Of a DNA stretch of 64,000 nt, positions 1 to 8,339 are shown piece by piece. Source of the DNA: Promethearchaeota archaeon. Lineage in GTDB: Archaea; Asgardarchaeota; Lokiarchaeia; Sigyniarchaeales; SOKP01. The notes under the pieces are model-generated. The model was not told the DNA's origin. It made no database searches and worked only from the letters and a program-made list of their open reading frames with translations. Every line of letters starts with the position of its first letter. Positions within the stretch are counted from its first letter, which is position 1. The DNA lies in contig JBHLON010000015.1 of NCBI GenBank assembly GCA_048940445.1, positions 1 to 64,000 on the forward strand. Reading direction: 5' to 3'. Position numbers and translations under genes: made by a program.

Positions 1-1383
1 ATAGTCCATGTAATGGTTCCTCCATTAGGAGAAGCATATTTAGCATCTTATTTAATTAGTCGTGGCCATGAAGTAAAATTACTTGATTTAACTTTAAGTA
101 ATAACTACAAACAAGATATTTCAAAAGCTATATATAGTTTTAATCCGCATGTAATAGGCTTTTCAATTCGAAATATTGATTCCACTACCTACCCCGGAAA
201 TCTGTTTTTTTATCTACCAGTAAAAAATATTATTCAATATATTAAACAACTAGTTGAGCCCGATATTCCAATAATTTTAGGTGGAGCAGGTTTTTCTATA
301 TTTTCTGAAGAAATTTTACGAGATTTAAACCATGATCTAGGTGTTGTTGGGGATGGTGAATTAGCATTTGCTGAAATATTGGATATGATTGAACATCGTA
401 GAGATCCTAGAAAACTTGATCGTGGTATATGCTTTTTAGGAAATAATGGTGAATACCATCAACGTCCACCATGGCGAGTTGAAGATTTAGATGGACTTCC
501 TTTTCCATTAAGAGAATTACTAGATAATAAAGCATATCTCATCGATCCTATGAAAAAATCTGGCCCTATTTGGGCTAATATTCAAACTAAACGAGGTTGT
601 CCTATGCATTGCATTTATTGTAGTTATAAATTTATAGAAGGCTCCAATGTTCGTTACCGATCTCCAAAAAGTATTGCCGAAGAGCTAGATATAATAGTAA
701 ATAATTATGGGATTAAAAATATTTTTATTGTAGACAGTATATTCAACTTAAATTATAATCACGTGAAAGAAACGTGTCAAGAGATAATTAAAGATAAAAT
801 AGACTTTAACTGGGGGGCAAATTACGTACCTAGTAAAAAATTTCTTGATTTAATGCCAATGATGAAAGATAGTGGTGCAATTCATTTTGCTACTGGGATA
901 GAATCTCTCTCTGAAGAGATGCTTAAAAATATGAATAAAGAAAGATCTTCCGATGAGGCGATTATTACTTCAAAAAAGTGTTTTGATTTAGGAATCGAAC
1001 AATTAATACATATGATTGTAGGCGGTCCGGGTGAAACACTTATAAGCGTTCAAAAGTCATTAGATCGGTTAGAAACTATCCAAAGTTATAGACGAAATTT
1101 ATGGCAAGGTGATGGAGATGTGATTCTATTTATTGGAATGAGGATATATCCGCATACTCCACTTCAACATATTGCCGAAAAAGATGGAATCATACAACCT
1201 CATCAGAATTTGCTTAAACCAAGATTTTATTTATCTCCAAAAATTAAGGAAACAGATTTATTCCAATTACTAAGGCATTATGGTATGAAAAACCCTAGGT
1301 GGATGATGCCAGGTCTTGGTTTCAATAATCCAGAAGGGTTTGCTGAATTGAGCCAAACTCAATTCGCAAAATATCAAAGTTAG
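1..1383 (+). CDS. Cobalamin (B12)-binding radical SAM enzyme, 5'-truncated by the window edge
   Basis: N-terminal B12-binding domain (PPLGEAYLASYL..GHEVKLLDL, IILGGAGFS, VGDGE) and QTKRGCPMHCIYC CxxxCxxC motif. The frame is open from base 1 (ata gtc cat gta atg = IVHVM), matching IHHVMVPP in the paralog, so the true start lies upstream of the window. Confidence 0.9.
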   Translation: MVHVMVPPLGEAYLASYLISRGHEVKLLDLTLSNNYKQDISKAIYSFNPHVIGFSIRNIDSTTYPGNLFFYLPVKNIIQYIKQLVEPDIPIILGGAGFSIFSEEILRDLNHDLGVVGDGELAFAEILDMIEHRRDPRKLDRGICFLGNNGEYHQRPPWRVEDLDGLPFPLRELLDNKAYLIDPMKKSGPIWANIQTKRGCPMHCIYCSYKFIEGSNVRYRSPKSIAEELDIIVNNYGIKNIFIVDSIFNLNYNHVKETCQEIIKDKIDFNWGANYVPSKKFLDLMPMMKDSGAIHFATGIESLSEEMLKNMNKERSSDEAIITSKKCFDLGIEQLIHMIVGGPGETLISVQKSLDRLETIQSYRRNLWQGDGDVILFIGMRIYPHTPLQHIAEKDGIIQPHQNLLKPRFYLSPKIKETDLFQLLRHYGMKNPRWMMPGLGFNNPEGFAELSQTQFAKYQS

Positions 1384-1412
1384 CTAATTACACTAGTAAA
1401 AAGGGAAAAAAA

Positions 1413-2585
1413 ATGAAATGGCAATCAGAAGTAGAAGATCTTTTTGAAAAGATAGTATTAGGAATACCAGAAATGGTAAGACCAGCGGTAAAACCAGCAC
1501 TTTTTGAAGCTGCTGAAAAAAAATGTGTTGAACGTCAAGCAAAAGAAGTAGCTGAGATTGATTTGGTGGTGGCATTATTTGAAGTGACACCACCCGCTTT
1601 CCAACCTACTATGATAGAAGATCTTAGGGAATTTGGTGTAGATTATGATAAGTATGTACCAAAAGTGGAGTCCAATTTTAAGTGTAATACAGATCTCGGT
1701 CAAATGGTTAAAGATATTTTGAAGATCGGAAAAATAACAGGAGTGAGGTGTAATGAGAATGCAATATGGAGAGCCATAAATGTTTATAAGCCCTTTTTTT
1801 CAGGATCTCCTGTATCAATTAGAACAACGACAAAACCCGTAGAAAGAAGAGATATCGCTGTAAGATATGTAGAATTTTTTGTCCCTCACAATCCAGATCC
1901 TTATAAGACAGCTATCAATGAAGGTTTATTAAATAAAAATGGGCATCCTATTCATGAAATGATAGTTGAAGCAATTGAAACTTTTGATATAATGGGTTAC
2001 GGTGTTGATGTTGATGCTAGTACCGGCTTATCGAAAATTTGGCCATTTATTGTTCCTGGTTCAATTGATCCTATTTTCTTAATAAAATCAATACCAGAAA
2101 GTATGAAAAAATATAGAAATTACTTAAATAAACATGGTTTAACTTCATTTAGTCTTTTTGCTTTTGACTTTTTACATAATACGACAAATATATATTTCAT
2201 GCTTAAGCAACCAGCAAAATCAGCATATGGTAATTGTATTGCATTGGTGGAGGATTTAGGATTCAAACCTGCATCAAAAGATATAATGGAAAGTTGTAGG
2301 AATGCTGTACATCTGAATTATACGTTTAATTGGGACTCACCCAAAATAGAACGCTTATGTTTCGGTATGGCATGTGACGATGCTTCAGAGGTTCCAATGC
2401 ATTTACATCCACTGATTAAAGATTTTGCTGAAAATACACCACTTCAAAGTGATTCTCATAAATTTATTTGGGGAGTGACTTTCACAAGAAAGGGTCTATA
2501 TTACAAGATCGAAAACGATTATAATGGAGCTATGGTAGATTTTTTAGGTATGGGTTGTAAAGCAGGATTAGATTCATATTACTAA
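1413..2585 (+). CDS. ABBA-family (NphB/CloQ-like) soluble aromatic prenyltransferase with an N-terminal DUF2621/PCP_red-like helical domain
   Basis: Residues ~90-390 follow NphB motif order: DPYKTAINEGL..GHP, YGVDVDASTGLSKIWPF, SIPESM, NIYF, FNWDSPKIERLCF, WGVTF...YYKIENDY. The first ~80 aa match the C-terminal module of the neighbouring U32 proteins. Confidence 0.85.
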   Translation: MKWQSEVEDLFEKIVLGIPEMVRPAVKPALFEAAEKKCVERQAKEVAEIDLVVALFEVTPPAFQPTMIEDLREFGVDYDKYVPKVESNFKCNTDLGQMVKDILKIGKITGVRCNENAIWRAINVYKPFFSGSPVSIRTTTKPVERRDIAVRYVEFFVPHNPDPYKTAINEGLLNKNGHPIHEMIVEAIETFDIMGYGVDVDASTGLSKIWPFIVPGSIDPIFLIKSIPESMKKYRNYLNKHGLTSFSLFAFDFLHNTTNIYFMLKQPAKSAYGNCIALVEDLGFKPASKDIMESCRNAVHLNYTFNWDSPKIERLCFGMACDDASEVPMHLHPLIKDFAENTPLQSDSHKFIWGVTFTRKGLYYKIENDYNGAMVDFLGMGCKAGLDSYY

Positions 2586-2615
2586 AAAAAGATTCAAAAT
2601 TATAAAAATAAGGAG

Positions 2616-3017
2616 GTGAAATGTGTTATGGAAACAAAAGAAGAATGGAAAGATTATCTAACGCGATTTATGAAAGCTTATAATGAGTTACCTGATTTGA
2701 AACCATTATTGGGTCCAATTGCACCATTAGTTTTTCAATATGAAATAACTGATAAACCTGAGATGAGTTACTGGCAATTTATTGATAAAGATAAAATGAG
2801 CTGGGGAATGGGTCAATATTCTGGTATAGAGGCTCCAACAGTAATCCATAAAACAAATTTTGAGACGATTAAGAAAGTTAATTCGGGAGAATCGGACCCA
2901 ATTCAAGCAACTATGTCCGGAACATATGTTATTGAAGGCGATGTTAGTAAACTCATGGCATGCGCACCTTTGTTGCCACTTAATGCAAAAGCTCACGAAA
3001 TTGCTAAAAATAATTAA
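2616..3017 (+). CDS. SCP2 sterol/lipid-binding domain protein
   Basis: SCP2-like C-terminal signature SGESDPIQATMSGTYVIEGDVSKLM; 133 aa; paralog at 4583. Confidence 0.75.
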   Translation: MKCVMETKEEWKDYLTRFMKAYNELPDLKPLLGPIAPLVFQYEITDKPEMSYWQFIDKDKMSWGMGQYSGIEAPTVIHKTNFETIKKVNSGESDPIQATMSGTYVIEGDVSKLMACAPLLPLNAKAHEIAKNN

Positions 3018-3137
3018 AAAAATAAAAAACAAACATAAGTTGTTTATTTAACAACATAATTAACATTTTTTTTAATAATTAAAGAAATAAATTAAAAATT
3101 CGATATGTAAACCAAATATTTTTAGAGAGCAAGGAAA

Positions 3138-4553
3138 ATGCGTGCGTTAATAATTAATGGGAGTCGAGAAATACATCATGTAATGGTACCCCCAATAGGT
3201 GATGTGTATCTCGCTGCGTATCTTATAAGTCAAGGACATGAAGTAAAGTTAGTTGATTTAGCTCTTAGTAGAGACTTTAAGCGAGATATATCAAACGCGA
3301 TTGACTCTTTCAAACCACATTTAATAGGTATTACTATTCGTAATGTGGACTCCGCAACCTATCCTGGAGTTCTCTACTTCTACTTGTCAGTAAGAAATGT
3401 TATTCTTTATGTTAAACAAATTGCAGAACCTAACATTCCTATAGTGCTCGGAGGTGCTGGTTTTTCCATGTTCTCAGAAGAGATTCTAAGAGATTTAAAC
3501 CACAATTTGGGTGTTTATGGGGATGGAGAATATGTAATTGCTGAGATTTTAAAATATATAAAAGATGGAAGGAATCTTAAAAAAATAGAACGAGGTATAT
3601 GCTTCATCGACAAAAATGGAAAATATTATCAAACTCCCCCTTGGCGTGTCGAAAATTTGGACGATTTGCCTGTTCCAGCTAGACAATTGCTAGATAATAG
3701 TAGTTATTTATATCATCCTGTAATTAATGGCGGAGAAAGTTGGGGAAATATCCAAACTAAACGAGGTTGTCCGATGAATTGTATTTATTGTAGTTACAAA
3801 AACATTGAAGGATCCTCCGTTCGATATCGTTCCCCAGAAATGGTAGCAGATGAGCTTGATTTTATAGTCAATAACATTGGGATCAAAAATATTTTTATAG
3901 TAGATAGCGTTCTCAATTTAAATTATAATCATCTGAAAGAGATATGTCAACAAATCATAGAGTATAAAATTGATATTAATTGGGGGGCAAATTATGTTCC
4001 ATCCAAAGAGTACATCGATTTAATGCCACTAATGAAAAAAAGTGGCGCGATTCATTTTGCTACGGGATTCGAATCGCTATCCGAGGATATGTTAAAAAAT
4101 TTGAATAAAACTGGATCCCCGGATGATGCTATTCTTACTTCAAAGAAATGCGTTGAGTTAGGTATTGAACAATTAATACATATTATGGTAGGAGGACCGG
4201 GGGAAACGATTCAGAGCATCCGAGTTTCATTAGATCGATTAACTACCATTAAAAATTTTAAAGCTAATTTATGGCAGGGAGAAGAAGATGTGTTAATTTT
4301 TGTAGGCTTGAGAATATACCCTAACACGCAACTTAATTTTATTGCTGAACAAGAAGGCGTTATCCCAATAGGAGAAAACCTGCTCAAACCAAAATTTTAT
4401 ATTTCTCCCCAAATCAATGAATTAGATTTATTTAATTTAATAAGAGAATATAGTGAAAGTAATCGCAAATGGATGGTTCCAGGTCTCGGTATTAATCTTC
4501 CAAAAGGTGAAGCCGAACTGAGCCAGATGCAGCTTGAGTTATATCAAAAATAA
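3138..4553 (+). CDS. Cobalamin-binding radical SAM enzyme (paralog of 1..1383)
   Basis: B12-binding N-terminus and QTKRGCPMNCIYC; colinear with the first copy along its whole length. Confidence 0.9.
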   Translation: MRALIINGSREIHHVMVPPIGDVYLAAYLISQGHEVKLVDLALSRDFKRDISNAIDSFKPHLIGITIRNVDSATYPGVLYFYLSVRNVILYVKQIAEPNIPIVLGGAGFSMFSEEILRDLNHNLGVYGDGEYVIAEILKYIKDGRNLKKIERGICFIDKNGKYYQTPPWRVENLDDLPVPARQLLDNSSYLYHPVINGGESWGNIQTKRGCPMNCIYCSYKNIEGSSVRYRSPEMVADELDFIVNNIGIKNIFIVDSVLNLNYNHLKEICQQIIEYKIDINWGANYVPSKEYIDLMPLMKKSGAIHFATGFESLSEDMLKNLNKTGSPDDAILTSKKCVELGIEQLIHIMVGGPGETIQSIRVSLDRLTTIKNFKANLWQGEEDVLIFVGLRIYPNTQLNFIAEQEGVIPIGENLLKPKFYISPQINELDLFNLIREYSESNRKWMVPGLGINLPKGEAELSQMQLELYQK

Positions 4554-4582
4554 AAAAATAAAACCAAATAAAAAGGAAAGAG

Positions 4583-4981
4583 ATGAAAATAGAAATGAAT
4601 ACAAAAAAAGATTGGGAAGCATATCTAACAAAATTTTTTAAAGCATATAACGAATTACCTGGGCTAAAGCCTGGGTTAAAACCAATAGCACCATTAGTCT
4701 TCCAATATATTATATCAGATAAACCAGAAATGAATTTTTGGGAATTATTCGAAAAAGCTGAGGTAAAATGGGGAATGGGGAAATATTTAGGGCCAAATGT
4801 ACCGAAAACAATTCATAAAACGGATTTTGAGACAATAAAAAAGGTAGTCTCAGGTGAGTCCGACCCTGTTCAAGCTACAATAGCTGGGTCATATACTATT
4901 GAAGGTGACTTCACGAAATTAACAGCATGTTCAGCTTTATTGCCACTGAATCCAAAAGCCCACGCAATAGCGATTAAATAA
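4583..4981 (+). CDS. SCP2 sterol/lipid-binding domain protein (paralog)
   Basis: SGESDPVQATIAGSYTIEGDFTKL; colinear with 2616..3017. Confidence 0.75.
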   Translation: MKIEMNTKKDWEAYLTKFFKAYNELPGLKPGLKPIAPLVFQYIISDKPEMNFWELFEKAEVKWGMGKYLGPNVPKTIHKTDFETIKKVVSGESDPVQATIAGSYTIEGDFTKLTACSALLPLNPKAHAIAIK

Positions 4982-5109
4982 AATAATCCGAAAAAAAATG
5001 TCCGAATCTAGCTTAATATAAAATGTAATTAAGAAATCAATATCTCAAAAAAATTAGACAAAAAACTAAATAAATTATGTTTTAAAATTCTAAAAAAAGG
5101 TGAAGAAAA

Positions 5110-6801
5110 ATTAATTTTTATGTAGCAACGAATTGGGACCCAAATCTTATAGATGAATTGGCGAAATTACCTGTTATCGATGTCTACGGTACAGCCCCTC
5201 ATTCGGTCGTAGGATCTGGGCGTCCATCCGTTTTGTTAAAAGATATCGATGAGGAAGAGATTATAGAACATATTAATAAAGTGCATAAGAATAAAATGAC
5301 ATTTTCTTACGTACTGAATGCTCCTTGTATGAATAATATGGAATACGATCCATATTATCATAAAGAGTTGCTCAAACTTTTGCAATGGATTAGCGATATT
5401 GGTGCTGATAATGTTATTGTGACGATTCCTTTATTAATACAACTTATTAAGGAGCAATTCCCTAAACTCAAAGTGCGCGTGTCAACCATATCTCATGTAA
5501 ATAGCGTGAATCGTGCAAAGTTTTACGAATCGCTTGGTGCTGATGAAATTACTCCCGATGTAATGATCAATCGCGACTTTAAGACTTTAGAAAAAATACG
5601 AGAAAATGTAAAATGTAAAATTGTCTTACTCTTAACAGATGGGTGCTTATATCAATGTCCATTTAGGATTTACCATTATAATACACTGGGGCACGCTTCT
5701 CAGAGTTACCAACAGTTTGAACGCCGTTATATTGAAACATGTGTCTTAAATTGTAGTCTTATCAAATTTTCAGATCCTACTGAAGCGATAAAGTGTAGAT
5801 GGGTTCGTCCTGAAGATTTATCTCATTACGAGGCAATTGGAATCAATAATTTTAAAATCGCCGGACGTATTATGCCTACTTCTTGGATTGTTAGATCGGT
5901 TAAAGCTTTTTCATCCCGAAAATATGAGGGAAATCTTATAGATATCATTGAAGGGTTCTCAAATTCGGTTCCCGAAGGATTAGACAATGTTTCTCAAAAA
6001 GGATTTAAAGATACCCTCGGAAAAGAATATAAGTCAAAATTATATATAGACAACACCAAATTAAATGGTTTTATTGACTTCTTTAAGAAACAAAATTGTA
6101 TAGCGATGTGTGATGATTGTAATTATTGCGCAGAATGGGCAAAAAAAGCAGTATATTTGGATAAAGAAGAAGCAAGTAAATATGTCGAATCTGTACGAGA
6201 ATACATGGAAGACATATTAACAAGTCGCGAATTCGGTGTCGCATCTGCTAAACCAAAAAAAGAGAAAAAGACGGAGCTTCCGTGGAATCCGGAAACAGCG
6301 AAAATTTTTAGCGAGATAATAAAATTAATACCTCTTCAATTTCAATCGTTGGCACGAATGACTATTTCTTCGCTAGCAGAAGAAAAAACAAGAAAGAAGA
6401 ACTCTCAAGAGGTAAACAACCAAGAAATGGTGGAAGCATTCATTGAGGGCACGCCAAGTGCATTTCAAGCTAGTATGAGAGAAGGTCTTGAAAAATATGG
6501 ATTGATAACTTGCGAAGTTGGTGTCGAATCTATTAAACCTAAAGAAGAGCAAAAAGCAGGTCTTTCATGGAATTTAGAAACTGCAAAACTATTTGATGAG
6601 CTCGTGAAATTAACGCCTCCTCAATTTCAATCGATAGCAAAGATGGCAATCTCTTCGCTTGCTGAAGAAAAAGCGAAAAAGAGGAGTTCTCAAGAGGTAA
6701 ACAACCAAGATATGATAGAAGCGTTTATGGAAGGCACCCCAAGCACATTTCAAGCTACTATGAGAGAAGGTCTTAAAAAATATGGATTGTTGAATGATTA
6801 A
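5110..6801 (+). CDS. Peptidase U32-family Fe-S protein (putative O2-independent hydroxylase) with two C-terminal DUF2621/PCP_red-like repeats
   Basis: U32-type motifs FSYVLNAPC, GADEIT..INRDF, GCLYQCP, RPEDL..Y..IGI..FKIAGR, plus CIAMCDDCNYC. The frame is open from 5104. The likely start is ATT at 5110, after AGGTGA, giving (M)NFYVATNWDPNL. Confidence 0.8.
   Translation: MNFYVATNWDPNLIDELAKLPVIDVYGTAPHSVVGSGRPSVLLKDIDEEEIIEHINKVHKNKMTFSYVLNAPCMNNMEYDPYYHKELLKLLQWISDIGADNVIVTIPLLIQLIKEQFPKLKVRVSTISHVNSVNRAKFYESLGADEITPDVMINRDFKTLEKIRENVKCKIVLLLTDGCLYQCPFRIYHYNTLGHASQSYQQFERRYIETCVLNCSLIKFSDPTEAIKCRWVRPEDLSHYEAIGINNFKIAGRIMPTSWIVRSVKAFSSRKYEGNLIDIIEGFSNSVPEGLDNVSQKGFKDTLGKEYKSKLYIDNTKLNGFIDFFKKQNCIAMCDDCNYCAEWAKKAVYLDKEEASKYVESVREYMEDILTSREFGVASAKPKKEKKTELPWNPETAKIFSEIIKLIPLQFQSLARMTISSLAEEKTRKKNSQEVNNQEMVEAFIEGTPSAFQASMREGLEKYGLITCEVGVESIKPKEEQKAGLSWNLETAKLFDELVKLTPPQFQSIAKMAISSLAEEKAKKRSSQEVNNQDMIEAFMEGTPSTFQATMREGLKKYGLLND
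6226..6795 (+). repeat. Intragenic tandem duplication (period 285 nt / 95 aa) of the C-terminal helical module
   Basis: cgcgaattcggtgtcgcatctgctaaacc at 6226 vs tgcgaagttggtgtcgaatctattaaacc at 6511. The protein repeats W.ETAK.F...P.QFQS.A.M.ISSLAEEK....SQEVNNQ.M.EAF.EGTPS.FQA.MREGL.KYGL. Confidence 0.9.
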
Positions 6802-6894
6802 GCAAATTAATAAAACATTAATATAAAAATAAACAAAAGTTATTGTAAAAAAAATCGAAAAAAAAATTTAAAACTCTAAAAAAGGTGAAGAAAA

Positions 6895-8298
6895 ATTAGT
6901 TTTCATGTAGCAACGAATTGGGACCCAAATCTTTTAGAAGAATTAGCGAAATTTCCTGTTGTTGATGTCTACGGATCAGCTCCTAAGTCGATTGTAGGAG
7001 GTGGCCGTCCATTCTTCTTGTTAAAAAATGTGAATGATGAGGCGATTACCGAATATATTAGAGAAGTACATAAGAAGAAAATGACATTTTCTTACGCTTT
7101 GAATGCTCCCTGTATGAATAATATGGAATACGACCCAAATTATCATAAAGAGCTGCTTAAATATTTGCAATGGATTAGCGATATTGGTACAGATTATATT
7201 ATTGTGTCTATTCCATTATTAATACAACTTATTAAGGAGCAGTTCCCTAAACTTAAAATACGTGTGTCAACCGTCTCTCATGTAAATAGCGTGAATCGCG
7301 CAAAATTTTACGAGTCGTTTGGAGCGGATGAGATTACCACTGATTATATGATTAATCGTGATTTCAAGACTTTAGAAAAAATACGAAAATCAGTAAAATG
7401 TAATATCATTTTACTCTGTTCAGATGGGTGTTTGTATCAATGTCCGTTTAGATTATACCATTATAATATCTTAGGACATGCTTCTCAAACTTTCCAACAG
7501 TTTGGATGCTACTATATTGACACATGCGTCTTAAACTGTAGTACTATAAAATATTCAAATCCTACTGAGGTTATAAAATGTAGATGGATTCGTCCCGAGG
7601 ATTTATCTCACTACGAAGCTATTGGAATCAATAGTTTTAAAATTGCAGGGCGCTCAATGCCCACTTCATGGATTGTCAGATCGGTAAGAGCATTTTCATC
7701 TCGAAAATACGAGGGAAATCTCACGGATATTCTTGAAGCGTTTCGATTTTCGTTTGGAGATGCACAAGAAAAAGATCCAGCTACAGGATTTAAAGAAACC
7801 CTCGGAAAAGAATCAACAAAATTAATAATCGATAATACTAAGTTAAACGGTTTTATTGAATTCTTTAAGAAACAAAATTGTATAGCAATGTGTGGAGATT
7901 GTAATTATTGTGCAGAATGGGCGAAAAAAGCAGTATATATAGATAAAGAAGAAGCGGGTAAATATGTTGAATCTATTAAAGGATACATGAAAGAAATATT
8001 GACAAGTCGCGAATTTGGTGTAGAATCTGCTAAATCTAAAGAACAGAAAAAATCATGTTTTCCATGGAATCCGGAGACGGCGAAAATTTTTGACGAGCTA
8101 ATAAAAGAAACACCTCGCCAATTTCAATCTATGGCCCGATTGATAATTTCTTCGGCAGCAGAAGAAAAGGCAAAAACTAGGAACTCTCACGAGGTAAACA
8201 ACCAAGATATAATCGAAGCATTTATTGAAGGTACGCCAAACGCATTTCAAACCAGCATGAAAGAAGGTCTTAAAAAGTATGGGCTTCTGAATAATTAA
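6895..8298 (+). CDS. Peptidase U32-family Fe-S protein, paralog with one C-terminal DUF2621/PCP_red-like module
   Basis: Same motifs as 5110..6801. The frame is open upstream of the listed TTG (7018) back to ATT at 6895, giving (M)SFHVATNWDPNLLEELAKFPVVDVYG, again preceded by AGGTGA. Confidence 0.8.
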   Translation: MSFHVATNWDPNLLEELAKFPVVDVYGSAPKSIVGGGRPFFLLKNVNDEAITEYIREVHKKKMTFSYALNAPCMNNMEYDPNYHKELLKYLQWISDIGTDYIIVSIPLLIQLIKEQFPKLKIRVSTVSHVNSVNRAKFYESFGADEITTDYMINRDFKTLEKIRKSVKCNIILLCSDGCLYQCPFRLYHYNILGHASQTFQQFGCYYIDTCVLNCSTIKYSNPTEVIKCRWIRPEDLSHYEAIGINSFKIAGRSMPTSWIVRSVRAFSSRKYEGNLTDILEAFRFSFGDAQEKDPATGFKETLGKESTKLIIDNTKLNGFIEFFKKQNCIAMCGDCNYCAEWAKKAVYIDKEEAGKYVESIKGYMKEILTSREFGVESAKSKEQKKSCFPWNPETAKIFDELIKETPRQFQSMARLIISSAAEEKAKTRNSHEVNNQDIIEAFIEGTPNAFQTSMKEGLKKYGLLNN

Positions 8299-8339
8299 TT
8301 CCTTTAACGTAATTCTATACAAGGTAATTTGTAAGATTA

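Noticed and set aside
3039-3055. Inverted repeat GTTGTT-tattt-AACAAC between SCP2-1 and rSAM-2
   Set aside because: Only 6-bp arms in AT-rich DNA, and I did not find it upstream of the other cluster genes, so it is compatible with chance.
5101-5103. In-frame TGA upstream of both U32 genes as a possible selenocysteine/readthrough codon
   Set aside because: The TGA is part of the AGGTGA Shine-Dalgarno sequence. The upstream DNA is poly-A intergenic sequence with no coding character.
5110-8298. Calling the U32 genes ubiU/ubiV (or collagenase) and the SCP2 genes ubiT
   Set aside because: Only family-level similarity is visible. Cys spacing and C-terminal domains differ, so orthology cannot be supported without a phylogeny.
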